Source of the DNA: Candidatus Latescibacterota bacterium
GTDB taxonomy: Bacteria > Latescibacterota > UBA2968 > UBA8231
Length of the DNA: 64,000 nucleotides
Assembly (NCBI GenBank): GCA_963422735.1
Contig: OY730476.1
Span: 416,001 to 480,000 of the forward strand
Direction: 5' to 3'
Of this stretch, positions 8,411-17,939 are shown one piece after another (the first letter of the stretch is position 1; every line of letters starts with the position of its first letter). The notes under the pieces were generated by a model that made no database searches, was not told the DNA's origin, and saw only the letters and a program-made list of their open reading frames with translations. The translations under genes were made by a program, and so were the position numbers.

Positions 8411-9181
8411 TCAGCGACCGACGACAGCGGCCGAGAAGGTGAGGATGCCGAAACGGGTGGCGCGGTGGAAGTCGGCCGTGGGTGTGCCGGTGTCGGACCA
8501 CAGCCCAAATTGGCCTTGGTAGCCCTTAGTGCGGTTCAGTCCAGCGCGCCATTGGTCGCCGTCTTGGGGCGGGATTTGTCCACCCAAGTGGCGGAAGTTG
8601 TCGTGGGGGATGGCGATTTCGAGAATCCAGCTTTGGTCGGTGTCCGAGTGGTCGTTGAGGGTGCCGTCGTAGGTCGTGGCCATGAAGACGCCTTCGCTCT
8701 GCCAGGACGAGTGAATGGCCTTGGTGCGCTCCTTGCCGCCGCGAAAGGCGATATAATCGAGCAGCGTGCCGTTGATGTTCATCTCATAGCCATAGTAGTT
8801 GCCGGGGGCCGCTGCGTTGGGCGTGGCGAAAATCTCGACCGCGTCCTCTTGGTACACCGGCCCATCGTGCTCGGTTACTTCTGAATGCAGATACGGATCG
8901 ACGCACTCGTAGATGATGTAGAGATTGTCGTCGTCCCACAGCAAGCGGGCAGTCGTAGATTGCGGTTCCTCTTTTTCGAGGTCGCTCCAAGGCATGACAA
9001 AGGCGATGGGCGCGGCATGCTGCCAGTCGGCTTCGGCTAGGCGGCCATCGACTTGGATCCCTTGGTCGGTACGAAGGACTTGGTACGTGGGTAGCTCAGC
9101 AGGCGGGGCCTGGAAGCGGGTAGTCTCTTGGGTGCTGGCGGGACCAGCGAGGGCGAGGGCGAAGAGCAAGCTGTAGAGCAT
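8411..9181 (-). CDS. Secreted carbohydrate-binding family 9-like (DOMON) protein
   Basis: Signal peptide; IQVDGRLAEADW, LLWDDDNLY, DAVEIF, W..EIAIP motifs. Confidence 0.75.
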   Translation of the reverse strand: MLYSLLFALALAGPASTQETTRFQAPPAELPTYQVLRTDQGIQVDGRLAEADWQHAAPIAFVMPWSDLEKEEPQSTTARLLWDDDNLYIIYECVDPYLHSEVTEHDGPVYQEDAVEIFATPNAAAPGNYYGYEMNINGTLLDYIAFRGGKERTKAIHSSWQSEGVFMATTYDGTLNDHSDTDQSWILEIAIPHDNFRHLGGQIPPQDGDQWRAGLNRTKGYQGQFGLWSDTGTPTADFHRATRFGILTFSAAVVGR

Positions 9182-9207
9182 GGTCAATCCTTTCCGTGGT
9201 GATTGGG

Positions 9208-9735
9208 TCAATCCTCGTGCAGAGAGGGGCTTTCACCGCGAGAGAACGCCTTGGCGATCTGGTCGCAGCGTTCGTTGTCTGGGTCGCCAGCGTGGCCTTG
9301 GGTGTGCTGCCACTGGACGGCAGGCGTATTGAGTTGGTCTAGGATGCGCCACAGGTCTTGGTTGATTACGGGCTTTTGGGCTGCTGTGTGCCAGCCCCGC
9401 CGCTTCCAACCGTGAATCCACTCGGTAATGCCCTTGCGCAGGTACTCGCTGTCTGTAACGAGCGTGATTGGGGCGTCGGATGGGGCGGCTTTTAGACCTT
9501 CGATGGCCGCTTGCAGCTCCATGCGGTTGTTGGTCGTCTCCGGGGCAAAGCCACCCAGCTCCACGACGCGGCCATCGCCGTAGAGCAACCGCGCCGCCCA
9601 GCCGCCTCGCCCTGGGTTGAACGAACAGGCCCCGTCGGTGAAAATGGTCAGTGTTTGTGCGGGGTTGAATTGCTGTTGTATCACAGAGATTGCCTTTATT
9701 AAGAGTGCATCGCTAGTTTTGCTACGATAAAACAT
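9208..9735 (-). CDS. rnhA: Ribonuclease HI
   Basis: FTDGACSFNPGRGGW, TTNNRMEL, TDSEY, NQDLW, GHAGDPDNERCD. Confidence 0.95.
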   Translation of the reverse strand: MFYRSKTSDALLIKAISVIQQQFNPAQTLTIFTDGACSFNPGRGGWAARLLYGDGRVVELGGFAPETTNNRMELQAAIEGLKAAPSDAPITLVTDSEYLRKGITEWIHGWKRRGWHTAAQKPVINQDLWRILDQLNTPAVQWQHTQGHAGDPDNERCDQIAKAFSRGESPSLHED

Positions 9736-9924
9736 GGCGCGGATGGGGGCAATTGAAGCGGGTATTTATGGTGCTTTGCTGCCGTAGGTGCCGGTCCTAT
9801 TGATGCCCAGATTGCCTTTACTAGGCCGTAAAGCACCAACCTTGAGGCATAGGAGGCTTCAGCCCTCGCGTAGAGCACCGCACAAGAGGTTGTGAACGCG
9901 AGCATAAACGCTATTTTTCTGCAC

Positions 9925-10093
9925 GCTGTCGTAGCTCGGATGGGATCGGACGAAAGGCTCGGGTCAGCAGGTTTGAAGCCTGCCTCCGCTGATGCGGGGA
10001 CCCGGTTTCGTTCTTAGGTGGGCCCCGTCAATCGAGGAGTGGTAAAGCGGAAGAAGCTGACCACAATGCCACAACAGGCACTCAGGCGATAGC
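9925..10093 (+). ncRNA. Candidate structured RNA (~170 nt; family unassigned, 6S is one possibility)
   Basis: Closing stem GCTGTCG/CGATAGC; nested stems GGTCAGC/GCTGACC, TCCGCT/AGCGGA, CGGGG.CCC/GGGCCCCG; hairpins GCAGG/CCTGC and TGCC/GGCA; TTGTGA-N16-TATTTT just upstream. Confidence 0.4.
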
Positions 10094-10170
10094 ATACGCG
10101 AGCAATTTTGGTGTGGGATAGCACACCAAAGGTGTGAGACCTTATCTGAACCTTAGAAAGAAAATGCAAC

Positions 10171-11565
10171 ATGGCAGCGTATGATGTGGTAGTTATCGGC
10201 GGCGGCCCAGGGGGCTATTCAGCCGCCATTCGCGCGCGGCAGTTGGGGTTAAAAACCGCGCTGATTGAGGACGCCGAGTTGGGCGGCACCTGTCTCAATT
10301 GGGGCTGCATTCCCACCAAAGCCCTGCTCAAGCAAGCCGAAGTGTACCAGCTTTTCTTGCGTGCCGAGGAGTTCGGCCTGCGCGTCGATAAGCCGACCGT
10401 GGATTGGGATGCGGTCATTGGGCGGAGCCGTCAAGTCGCCGCGCAGTTGTCCAAAGGCGTGGCCTATCTGATGCAGAAGAATCAGGTCGAGGTGTTCGCC
10501 GGAAGAGGTCGGCTGACGCCCAGCCGTCAAGTCGCGGTCGAGGACGCCGAGGGCGAGATCGTGGCCGAGTTGGACGCCGCGCACGTGGTGTTGGCCACCG
10601 GCGGCCGCCCCAAATCCATTCCGGGCGTGGAATTCGACGGCGAGCGCATCATCGCCAGCCGCGAGGCCATGGTCGTCCCCGCGCAGCCGGCTTCCCTCGC
10701 CATCATCGGGGCCGGGGCCATCGGCGTAGAATTCGCCTATTTCTATCGGGCCTTTGGCAGCCGCGTCTTGCTCTTGGAAGCCCTGCCCCAGATATTGCCG
10801 CGCGAAGACGAAGAGATCGCCGCGGGGCTAGCCGAGCACTTGACACAGCAGGGGATCGAAGTGGTGACCAAAACCCGGGTCGAGGAAGTCAAAAGGCAAA
10901 AGCGCGGGGTCGAGTTGCGCTATCGGGTCGGCGAACAGCAGCAGACGCGGAGCGTAGAGCATGTGCTGGTTGCCACCGGGGTCCAGGGCAATATCGAAGG
11001 GCTGGGGCTGGAAGCTGTGGGCGTCCGCACCCGCGATGGCGCGATTGTGGTTGATGAGCGGATGCAGACCAGTGCCAAGGGCATCTACGCGATTGGCGAC
11101 GTGGCCGGCCCGCCGCTGTTGGCGCACGCGGCCGCGCAGGAAGGAATTGCGGCCGTCGAGTTTATAGCTGGCCGCGACCGGCCCACCCTCGACCCGCGCC
11201 AAGTGCCCAACTGCATTTATTGCCAGCCGCAAGTGGCCAGCGTCGGCCTGAGCGAAAGCCAAGCGCGCGAAGCCGGGTACGACGTCAAGGTCGGGCGCTT
11301 TCCGTTTGCCGCTAGCGGCAAGGGACAAGCGGCGGGGGAGACCGAGGGGCTGGTCAAGCTAATTTTTGACGTGCGCTACGGCGAGTTGTTGGGCGGGGCC
11401 ATTTTAGGGGCCGAGGCTACGGAATTAATCGCCGAGTTGACGTTGGCCCTCCGGCTCGAAGCCACGTATGAAGAGCTTTTGTGTACCATGCACGCCCATC
11501 CGACGCTGTCCGAGGCCGTGATGGAAGCAGCCGGACAGGCGTTTGGCGAGGCTATTAATTACTAG
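10171..11565 (+). CDS. lpdA: Dihydrolipoyl dehydrogenase
   Basis: GGGPGG, GGTCLNWGCIPTK, GAGAIG, HPTLSE. Confidence 0.95.
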   Translation: MAAYDVVVIGGGPGGYSAAIRARQLGLKTALIEDAELGGTCLNWGCIPTKALLKQAEVYQLFLRAEEFGLRVDKPTVDWDAVIGRSRQVAAQLSKGVAYLMQKNQVEVFAGRGRLTPSRQVAVEDAEGEIVAELDAAHVVLATGGRPKSIPGVEFDGERIIASREAMVVPAQPASLAIIGAGAIGVEFAYFYRAFGSRVLLLEALPQILPREDEEIAAGLAEHLTQQGIEVVTKTRVEEVKRQKRGVELRYRVGEQQQTRSVEHVLVATGVQGNIEGLGLEAVGVRTRDGAIVVDERMQTSAKGIYAIGDVAGPPLLAHAAAQEGIAAVEFIAGRDRPTLDPRQVPNCIYCQPQVASVGLSESQAREAGYDVKVGRFPFAASGKGQAAGETEGLVKLIFDVRYGELLGGAILGAEATELIAELTLALRLEATYEELLCTMHAHPTLSEAVMEAAGQAFGEAINY

Positions 11566-11574
11566 GAATTGGGA

Positions 11575-12798
11575 ATGGGGAATGTAGGGTCGCGTGATAT
11601 AGAGGCCCCGGTGCTCCCACCGCTGGATCAGCTTTTGCCGGCTGAGCCGCCGCTTTTGATGGGGGCTGGGCCGGTGCCGGTGGCGGCGGAGGTCGCGCGT
11701 GCGGGTGGCATGGTCATCAACCACTTGGGGCCGACGATGGATCGGCTGGTGGAGCACATCAAGCAGTTGGCGAGCTATGCCTTTCAGACGGCCGACGAGC
11801 ACATCTTGGGGGTTGGGGGGCCGGCGTCGGCAGCTATGGAGATGGCGATGGGCAATCTGCTTTGGCCGGGCCGCCGCGCCTTGGTGCTGCAAAACGGTTG
11901 GTTCAGCGGGCGCTTTGCCGAAATGGCGAGCGGCGTGGGAGCCGAGGTCGAAGTGCTGGCCGTACCAGAAGGGCAAGCCGTCTGCGCCGAGCGCGTCGCC
12001 GAGCGCCTCAAGAGTCAGCACTTCGACGTGGTGACGATGGTGCAGGGCGAGACCTCCAGCGGCGTTTGCACGGTGGAGCTACCGGCGATTGCCCGCTTGT
12101 GCCGCGAGCACGGAGCACTAGCGGTCATCGATGCGGTTTGCACCTTGAGCACCATGCCATTGGCAAAGGACGCTTGGGGCGTTGACGTGGTCCTCACAGG
12201 CAGCCAGAAGGGCCTGTCGTCGCTGCCAGGCGTGGCGCTGATTGCCTTTTCCGACGCAGCTTGGAAGCAGGTGCAGCAGCACCCCGGCCCTAGGCCGCAT
12301 TGGTGCTTGGACGCCCTGCGGGCGCAAAACTTTTGGCAGCAGCACCAATACCATTACACCGCGCCGGTCTCCGGTCTGTTGGCCCTGCACGAGGCCCTGC
12401 GGCTGGTCTGCGAGGAGACGCTAGAGCGCCGCTTTGCACGGCATCGGCACTCGTCGCTGGCTCTGCAAGCCGGCATCGAGCAGATGGGGCTTGAGTTGGC
12501 TGCACCGCACGCTATTCGCCTCAACTCGGTGGTGGCAATCCAAGTGCCCGCTGGGGTAAATAACGCCCGAGTCCGCGCCGATATGTCGAGCCGTTTCCAC
12601 GTCGAAATCTCCGGAGCCTTTGGCCTCGACATCGTGCGCATCGGCCAGATGGGCGAGCAGTGCCGAGCACCTCATCTGTTCCGCGTGTTGCACGCCTTGG
12701 GCGGTGCTTTAGCACGCGAGGGGGCAGCCGTGGACACCAGCGCAGGGATGGCGGCGTTGGAAAGCTGTTTGGCAGGTTACGGCGGCGATGTACTTTAG
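11575..12798 (+). CDS. Alanine-glyoxylate/serine-pyruvate aminotransferase (class V PLP)
   Basis: LLMGAGP, GETSSG, DAVCTL, GSQKGL (PLP Lys), RIGQMG. Confidence 0.88.
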   Translation: MGNVGSRDIEAPVLPPLDQLLPAEPPLLMGAGPVPVAAEVARAGGMVINHLGPTMDRLVEHIKQLASYAFQTADEHILGVGGPASAAMEMAMGNLLWPGRRALVLQNGWFSGRFAEMASGVGAEVEVLAVPEGQAVCAERVAERLKSQHFDVVTMVQGETSSGVCTVELPAIARLCREHGALAVIDAVCTLSTMPLAKDAWGVDVVLTGSQKGLSSLPGVALIAFSDAAWKQVQQHPGPRPHWCLDALRAQNFWQQHQYHYTAPVSGLLALHEALRLVCEETLERRFARHRHSSLALQAGIEQMGLELAAPHAIRLNSVVAIQVPAGVNNARVRADMSSRFHVEISGAFGLDIVRIGQMGEQCRAPHLFRVLHALGGALAREGAAVDTSAGMAALESCLAGYGGDVL

Positions 12799-12814
12799 AA
12801 AAGACGAGGAGGAC

Positions 12815-13909
12815 ATGGACTACCCAACCTACGAAAGCCTCGGCGTACGCCCCCTGATCAACTGTCAGGGGACCTATACCATCATCAGCGGCTCGCTGAT
12901 TTTACCGCAGGTGCGGCAGGCCATGGTCGCAGCCTCCAAGCAATACGTCCACCTCGACGAGCTGATGAAGGCCGTCGGTGCGCGCATCGGCGAGTTGATG
13001 CAGTGCGAGTGGGGGCTTGTTACCAATGGTTGCGCCGCGGCCCTGTGCCAAGTTACGGCCGCTTGCGTGGCCGGCACGGATCCCGAGAAAATGGCGCGGT
13101 TGCCCGACACTACGGGCATGAAAAACCAAGTCATCGTCCAGCCGAGCCACCGCCACGTGTACGATCACGCCGTGCGCATGGTCGGCGTCGAAATGGTCGA
13201 GGTCGCCACGCACGCCGCGCTCGATGCGGCCTTGTCGGACCGCACGGCCATGCTCTTGGTGTTTGGCGATGCGGCCGAGCGGGGCCAGATCTCGGTGGCG
13301 GATATGGCAGCGGCCGGTAAGCGGCACGGCGTACCGACCTTTGTCGATGCAGCCGCCGAGCGGCCGGATGCGCCCAACTGGTATCTGGAGCAAGGGGCCG
13401 ATGCGGTGGCGTATTCAGGTGGCAAGTGCTTGCGCGGCCCGCAGGCGTCGGGCTTGGTTTTGGGGCGCAAGGACCTGTTGCAGGCGGCCTTCCTCAACGG
13501 GGCACCGCACCACGCGCTGGGGAGGCCGATGAAGGCGGGCAAGGAAGAAGTTATGGGGCTGTTGGCGGCGGTGGAGCAGTGGGTGGTGCGCGACCACGCA
13601 GCCGAGTGGCGGGAGTGGGAGCGGCGCTTGGCGGTGATAGCGGCGGCGGTGGCACCGTTTCCCTCGGTGGCGACGCAGGTCCATCAGCCTGGGCGATCGA
13701 ATGTTGCGCCGAATTTGGCGGTGCGCTGGGATCGAGAGCGGCTAGCCCTCAGCGGCCACGAGCTGGCGCGCCAACTCGCGGCTGGCCAACCGCGGATCGA
13801 GATTTCCGCCCACGAGAGCGGCTTTGGGATCAACCCCTATATGATGGAGCTCGGCGAGGAAGACATCGTGGCGCGGCGGGTGAGCGAGGCTTTGGCCGCG
13901 GTCTGCTGA
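12815..13909 (+). CDS. SelA-like PLP-dependent enzyme (DgaE/ammonia-lyase type)
   Basis: GVRPLINCQGTYT, VDAAAE, SGGKCLRGPQ, GRPMKAGKEE; GAGGAGG RBS. Confidence 0.8.
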   Translation: MDYPTYESLGVRPLINCQGTYTIISGSLILPQVRQAMVAASKQYVHLDELMKAVGARIGELMQCEWGLVTNGCAAALCQVTAACVAGTDPEKMARLPDTTGMKNQVIVQPSHRHVYDHAVRMVGVEMVEVATHAALDAALSDRTAMLLVFGDAAERGQISVADMAAAGKRHGVPTFVDAAAERPDAPNWYLEQGADAVAYSGGKCLRGPQASGLVLGRKDLLQAAFLNGAPHHALGRPMKAGKEEVMGLLAAVEQWVVRDHAAEWREWERRLAVIAAAVAPFPSVATQVHQPGRSNVAPNLAVRWDRERLALSGHELARQLAAGQPRIEISAHESGFGINPYMMELGEEDIVARRVSEALAAVC

Positions 13910-13914
13910 GTTCT

Positions 13915-15957
13915 TCAATTCGGTCGCTCGCCCCGGCGCAGGGCCACAGACAGCGGCTGAACCCGGTCCTTGTTGGGCGTCGAGCGCACCTTGCCGGTGC
14001 GGGGATCCACGCTGTAGATTTTCACGTCTTCGGGCACGTCAAAATCCTTTTCTGGCCGCCCCTCGTTTACCGCGATCATAAAATCCGTCCAGATAGGCAC
14101 GGCACCATTGCCGCCGGTGATTTGCATCCCGCGCGTATCCACCAACTTATGGGTGCGGCGGTCGTCAAACCCTACCCAGACGCTGGCGATTAAGTCTGGA
14201 GTGAAGCCGGTGAACCAAGCGTCGGTATTGTCATTGGTCGTGCCGGTCTTGCCGGCGGCCGGCCGCGCAAAGCCGCGTTTGCGCACTTGGTGGCCGGTGC
14301 CGCGATCGACGGTCTGGCGCAAGAGGTGGACCATCTGCGCGGCGAGGTCGGGCGCGATGGCTTGGCGGATCTGCGGCTGGTGGGTAAAGATCGGCTGGTC
14401 GTCGGCATCGACTATCCGCTCTATCAAGACCGGCGCGACCTGCAAGCCGTAGTTGGCGAAAGCCCCGTACGCTGCGGCCATTTCCAACACGGTGACTTCG
14501 GCAACGCCCAAGGCAATGCTCTTGTACGCTCCTATTGGCCCGGCAAAACCCAAGCGGTGAGACACCTCGACGACGCGGGCCGGACTAACGCGCTCGGAGA
14601 TTTGTATGGCCGTGGAGTTGGCCGAGCGGACTAAGGCCCACGCCGCGGTCGTCTGCCCCAAGTAGCGGCCGCCGTAGTTGCGCGGTTGCCACTTTTGCCC
14701 GTTGACGATATAGGTGCGCCGCTGGTCGTTAAAGACGGTGACCGGACTAATTTTGCTCGCTTCTAAAGCCGCTAGATAGGCTATTGGCTTAAAGCCGGAG
14801 CCGGGCTGGCGGCGGGCGGTGAGGGCCCGGTTGTAGTAGCTGACGAAAATGTCCCGGCCCCCGACCATGGCCAGCACTTTCCCGGTCGGCGACAGGCACA
14901 CCAACGCGCCTTGGATGTAGTCCGGACGCTCGGCCATGGACGCTTCCGAATAGGGCTTAAACCCCAGCCGCTCATCCAACTCGACCATCCCCTTGGCCAC
15001 GGCGGCTTCGGCCGCTTCTTGCATCGCAATATCCAAGGTAGTATAGACCTTCAAGCTCCCGTAGTGCAGGGCTGTCGGCCCCCACTGCCGGACGATTTCC
15101 GCGTTGATGGCTTCGACCCAGTAGGGCACTGGGTTGCGGGGCGGGTAGCCGGGGTCAATAAGGTCTTCGGCTCGGAGAGCGGCGCATTCCCGGCGCGTCT
15201 CCAGGTCGAGAAAGCCGCTGGCGACCATGCGGTCGAGCACGTGTTGCAGCCGGGCGGTGGCCCGTTGGGGGTGCCGCAGGGGATTGTACTTGGTTGGGGC
15301 GTTGACCTGGCCGATGAGCATGGCAGCACGGGGCAGGCTCAGCGAGTCTGGGGTCGTGTTGAAGAAGGTGGCCGCGGCGTCGTGGATGCCATAGGCGTTG
15401 GTGCCATAGAAGACCTCGTTGAGGTACAGCTCTAGGAGGCGATCTTTGTACGCCGGGTGGCCATAGGCGTTGGTGTCTGGGTACGAAGCGGCAAAAAACG
15501 CCTCTAGCTGCACGGCGAGGAGGGCTTCGGACAGCTTGCGCTCAAAGGTCTTTTTTGGCGAAAAGAACAGGCGCTTGACAAGCTGCTGGGTCAAAGTGCT
15601 GCCTCCGCGAGTGAGGCTGCCCTTTAGCAGGTTGTCGCGGATCGCGCCGACAATGGCCGTCAGGTCGATGCCTCGGTGTCGGTAAAAGTGCGCGTCTTCG
15701 GTGGCGATGAGTGCTTTTACCACGTGGGGGCTAATGTGTTCGAGGGGCACCCATTGGCGGCTCTGATTGAAGGTGTAGATGCGCTCGCCAGAAGCCGCGT
15801 ACATCTCCGTACCGGGGCGGATGCCCAACTCGCGCGGGTCGGTGGGCAGGCTGGGCAAGTTCGGGGCCATGCGCCAGATGGCGTAGCCCACTCCCAGTCC
15901 GGCCGCCAAGACGAGGGGCACGGTCAGGACCGCGCCGATGAGCAGCGGGCGTCTCAC
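13915..15957 (-). CDS. Class A penicillin-binding protein (PBP1A family)
   Basis: EDAHFYRHRG, GGSTLTQQL, RKLSE (transglycosylase); SGFK, SAN, KTGT (transpeptidase). Confidence 0.93.
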   Translation of the reverse strand: MRRPLLIGAVLTVPLVLAAGLGVGYAIWRMAPNLPSLPTDPRELGIRPGTEMYAASGERIYTFNQSRQWVPLEHISPHVVKALIATEDAHFYRHRGIDLTAIVGAIRDNLLKGSLTRGGSTLTQQLVKRLFFSPKKTFERKLSEALLAVQLEAFFAASYPDTNAYGHPAYKDRLLELYLNEVFYGTNAYGIHDAAATFFNTTPDSLSLPRAAMLIGQVNAPTKYNPLRHPQRATARLQHVLDRMVASGFLDLETRRECAALRAEDLIDPGYPPRNPVPYWVEAINAEIVRQWGPTALHYGSLKVYTTLDIAMQEAAEAAVAKGMVELDERLGFKPYSEASMAERPDYIQGALVCLSPTGKVLAMVGGRDIFVSYYNRALTARRQPGSGFKPIAYLAALEASKISPVTVFNDQRRTYIVNGQKWQPRNYGGRYLGQTTAAWALVRSANSTAIQISERVSPARVVEVSHRLGFAGPIGAYKSIALGVAEVTVLEMAAAYGAFANYGLQVAPVLIERIVDADDQPIFTHQPQIRQAIAPDLAAQMVHLLRQTVDRGTGHQVRKRGFARPAAGKTGTTNDNTDAWFTGFTPDLIASVWVGFDDRRTHKLVDTRGMQITGGNGAVPIWTDFMIAVNEGRPEKDFDVPEDVKIYSVDPRTGKVRSTPNKDRVQPLSVALRRGERPN

Positions 15958-16838
15958 TGCGCTAGTCCGAGGCGTTGTTGCACGGGCTGGGCCGGCAGCA
16001 CGAGTGCTGTAGCCTCGTGGCCCGGCACTAGCGCGTACGCGGCGAATTGGTCCCCAGTGCGGGTCAGGCGCAGCTCAAAGCCGTCCGCGCTGTCCCAAGC
16101 CGCGAGCAGGTGCTCGGTTTCGCTCTGGAGCAGCGAGTCGGCCCGGGTTTGCACGATCTGCGCTAAGGCCGCTGCGATGATCGGCCCGGCATCGCTTTGC
16201 GCGCGATCGGGGGCGGCGCTCAAAAGCGGCGCTAGATGCTGATGCCAGTAGGCCGCGTCTTCCTCTTTCATCTTCAGAAAGGTCCAGGCTTCGGGCTCGT
16301 CTTTTGCCAGTAGCCACTTGTGGAGTTGGTGGAAGAGCGAGCCGTCCTCTAAGGCTATTTGCGCACCGATGAGGGCGTGGAGATACGAGGCGTCGCCAGG
16401 TACGATGGCTTGGGTTAGCAGGTAGCGACCATGTTCGTAGATCTGCAGGGAATAGGCAAGTTCGCGCAGAGTCTCCGGGTCGAGGTGATCGGGTTGGAGG
16501 GCGGTGTCCCGCCGCGCGACCGCGAAGAACGCCGCGTGGGCGCCGTGGTACTGGAGTTGATAGTGGTTTTGCAGAACCGGCAGCGGGGCTTGGCTCGGCT
16601 CTAGGGGAGCCTCGGCCAGCGAGTCGGATAGGGCCATGCGGGTCTGCCGGCTGGCGAGAATCCCCTGCCAAAGTGCGCCTCCCGGCTGGCGCTCTGGGTT
16701 TTGTCGCATCAGGTATTGGCCGATATAGCGGGCCGAGAATTGGGTTTGGTATTCGATCAAAAAAAGAACGCAAGCCGCGCAGAAAGGCACCAACGCACAT
16801 AGGGCGATGCGAATAAGACCATAGAGAAAAGCCAACAT
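15954..16838 (-). CDS. Membrane-anchored hypothetical protein, translationally coupled to the PBP gene
   Basis: N-terminal TM helix; stop overlaps PBP start (GTGA). Confidence 0.65.
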   Translation of the reverse strand: MLAFLYGLIRIALCALVPFCAACVLFLIEYQTQFSARYIGQYLMRQNPERQPGGALWQGILASRQTRMALSDSLAEAPLEPSQAPLPVLQNHYQLQYHGAHAAFFAVARRDTALQPDHLDPETLRELAYSLQIYEHGRYLLTQAIVPGDASYLHALIGAQIALEDGSLFHQLHKWLLAKDEPEAWTFLKMKEEDAAYWHQHLAPLLSAAPDRAQSDAGPIIAAALAQIVQTRADSLLQSETEHLLAAWDSADGFELRLTRTGDQFAAYALVPGHEATALVLPAQPVQQRLGLAQ

Positions 16839-16950
16839 GGCGACACAATAACTTCGGGGCGACTTCTTGTCAAAAGTGCTTGCTCATTTTAGGAGAGTAA
16901 TGGTACTTTTGGCAGAGAGGCGATTAATCTATCTGGGGAGGTAGAAGAAT

Positions 16951-17934
16951 ATGAAACGCCTAAAATTTGCATGGATTGTCGTCGCTGTCGGGCTATGGCA
17001 CTGCGGCGATGGCGAAAAGAGCACCAGTCCCGTTGCGATCGTCGATCCTCCACAGGCGCCGCACGGGTTGGGTGTGGAGCGCATCGGCGACGGTGAGGTG
17101 TGGCTCAATTGGCAAGCCGCCGAGGGCGAAAACGAAGTGCTCTACGTCGTCTATCGCTCGGTGGGGAACGAGGCGGCCGTGGCTATTGACTCCACATTCC
17201 AGACCCGATTCAAGGATCAAGGCCTACAATACGAGCTGGAGTACACTTATCGAGTAACCGCGATAAACGGCGGCGGCGAAAGCGACCCCTCCAATGCCAT
17301 CAGTGGACAGCCCCTCAATAGCTTAACCCCACAGATGCCGACTTCGGTGCGCGCCGCAGCGCACCATCTCGAAGTACTCGGCCAACTCGACATCACCCTC
17401 GCTTGGAATGAAAACTCGGAGACCGATCTCTTGGCTTATCTGGTCTATCGCTCGACTGAGCAGGGTTTTACCCCGAGCGTCGAGCATTTGCTCATGCAGG
17501 TGTCGGTGCCGAGCTTTATCGACGAGAAGATCGAGGTAGGCACGGTGTATTACTACCGGATTACGGCGGTAGATCGCGGCGGCAAGGAAAGCAATGCTTC
17601 CGAGGAAGTCAGCGACGTCGCGTTGCCCTCGCCGATGCTATTGGCTCCGGTCTCCGGAGAAGAGACCGCTGCACCTTTGACCTTTACTTGGAATCGCTTG
17701 TCTGAGGCGCTCACATTCCAGGTGATCGTCACTACCTCGCTGACCAGCGGCGAGGTGTCGGACATGCCGCTGACTAGCGATACCACGGCCGTATTTACCG
17801 GTCGCATTAAGGAAGGACGCTTGGTTGCGCTCAAACCCGGGCAGGTGTACTACTGGAAGGTCGTGGCCAGTACGCACGCCGATGGGCTTGAGAATTCGGT
17901 GAGTCGGGTTGAGAGCTTCAAGGTGGCTGAATAG
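16951..17934 (+). CDS. Fibronectin type III domain lipoprotein
   Basis: Signal peptide ending LWHC; repeated W...YVVYRS...Y.YRVTA...GGES..S FN3 pattern; GGAGG RBS. Confidence 0.8.
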   Translation: MKRLKFAWIVVAVGLWHCGDGEKSTSPVAIVDPPQAPHGLGVERIGDGEVWLNWQAAEGENEVLYVVYRSVGNEAAVAIDSTFQTRFKDQGLQYELEYTYRVTAINGGGESDPSNAISGQPLNSLTPQMPTSVRAAAHHLEVLGQLDITLAWNENSETDLLAYLVYRSTEQGFTPSVEHLLMQVSVPSFIDEKIEVGTVYYYRITAVDRGGKESNASEEVSDVALPSPMLLAPVSGEETAAPLTFTWNRLSEALTFQVIVTTSLTSGEVSDMPLTSDTTAVFTGRIKEGRLVALKPGQVYYWKVVASTHADGLENSVSRVESFKVAE

Positions 17935-17939
17935 ATGAG

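Noticed and set aside
9967-9983. Minus-strand hairpin GCAGG-CTTCAAA-CCTGC resembling a tRNA-Sec (UCA) anticodon arm
   Set aside because: No T-arm (TTCGA), acceptor stem or CCA could be built around it; kept only as part of the unassigned RNA.
12815-13909. Selenocysteine synthase (selA) supporting the Se-FDH
   Set aside because: Short and lacking the SelA N-terminal extension; motifs fit the DgaE-like subfamily and no selB or selD is adjacent.
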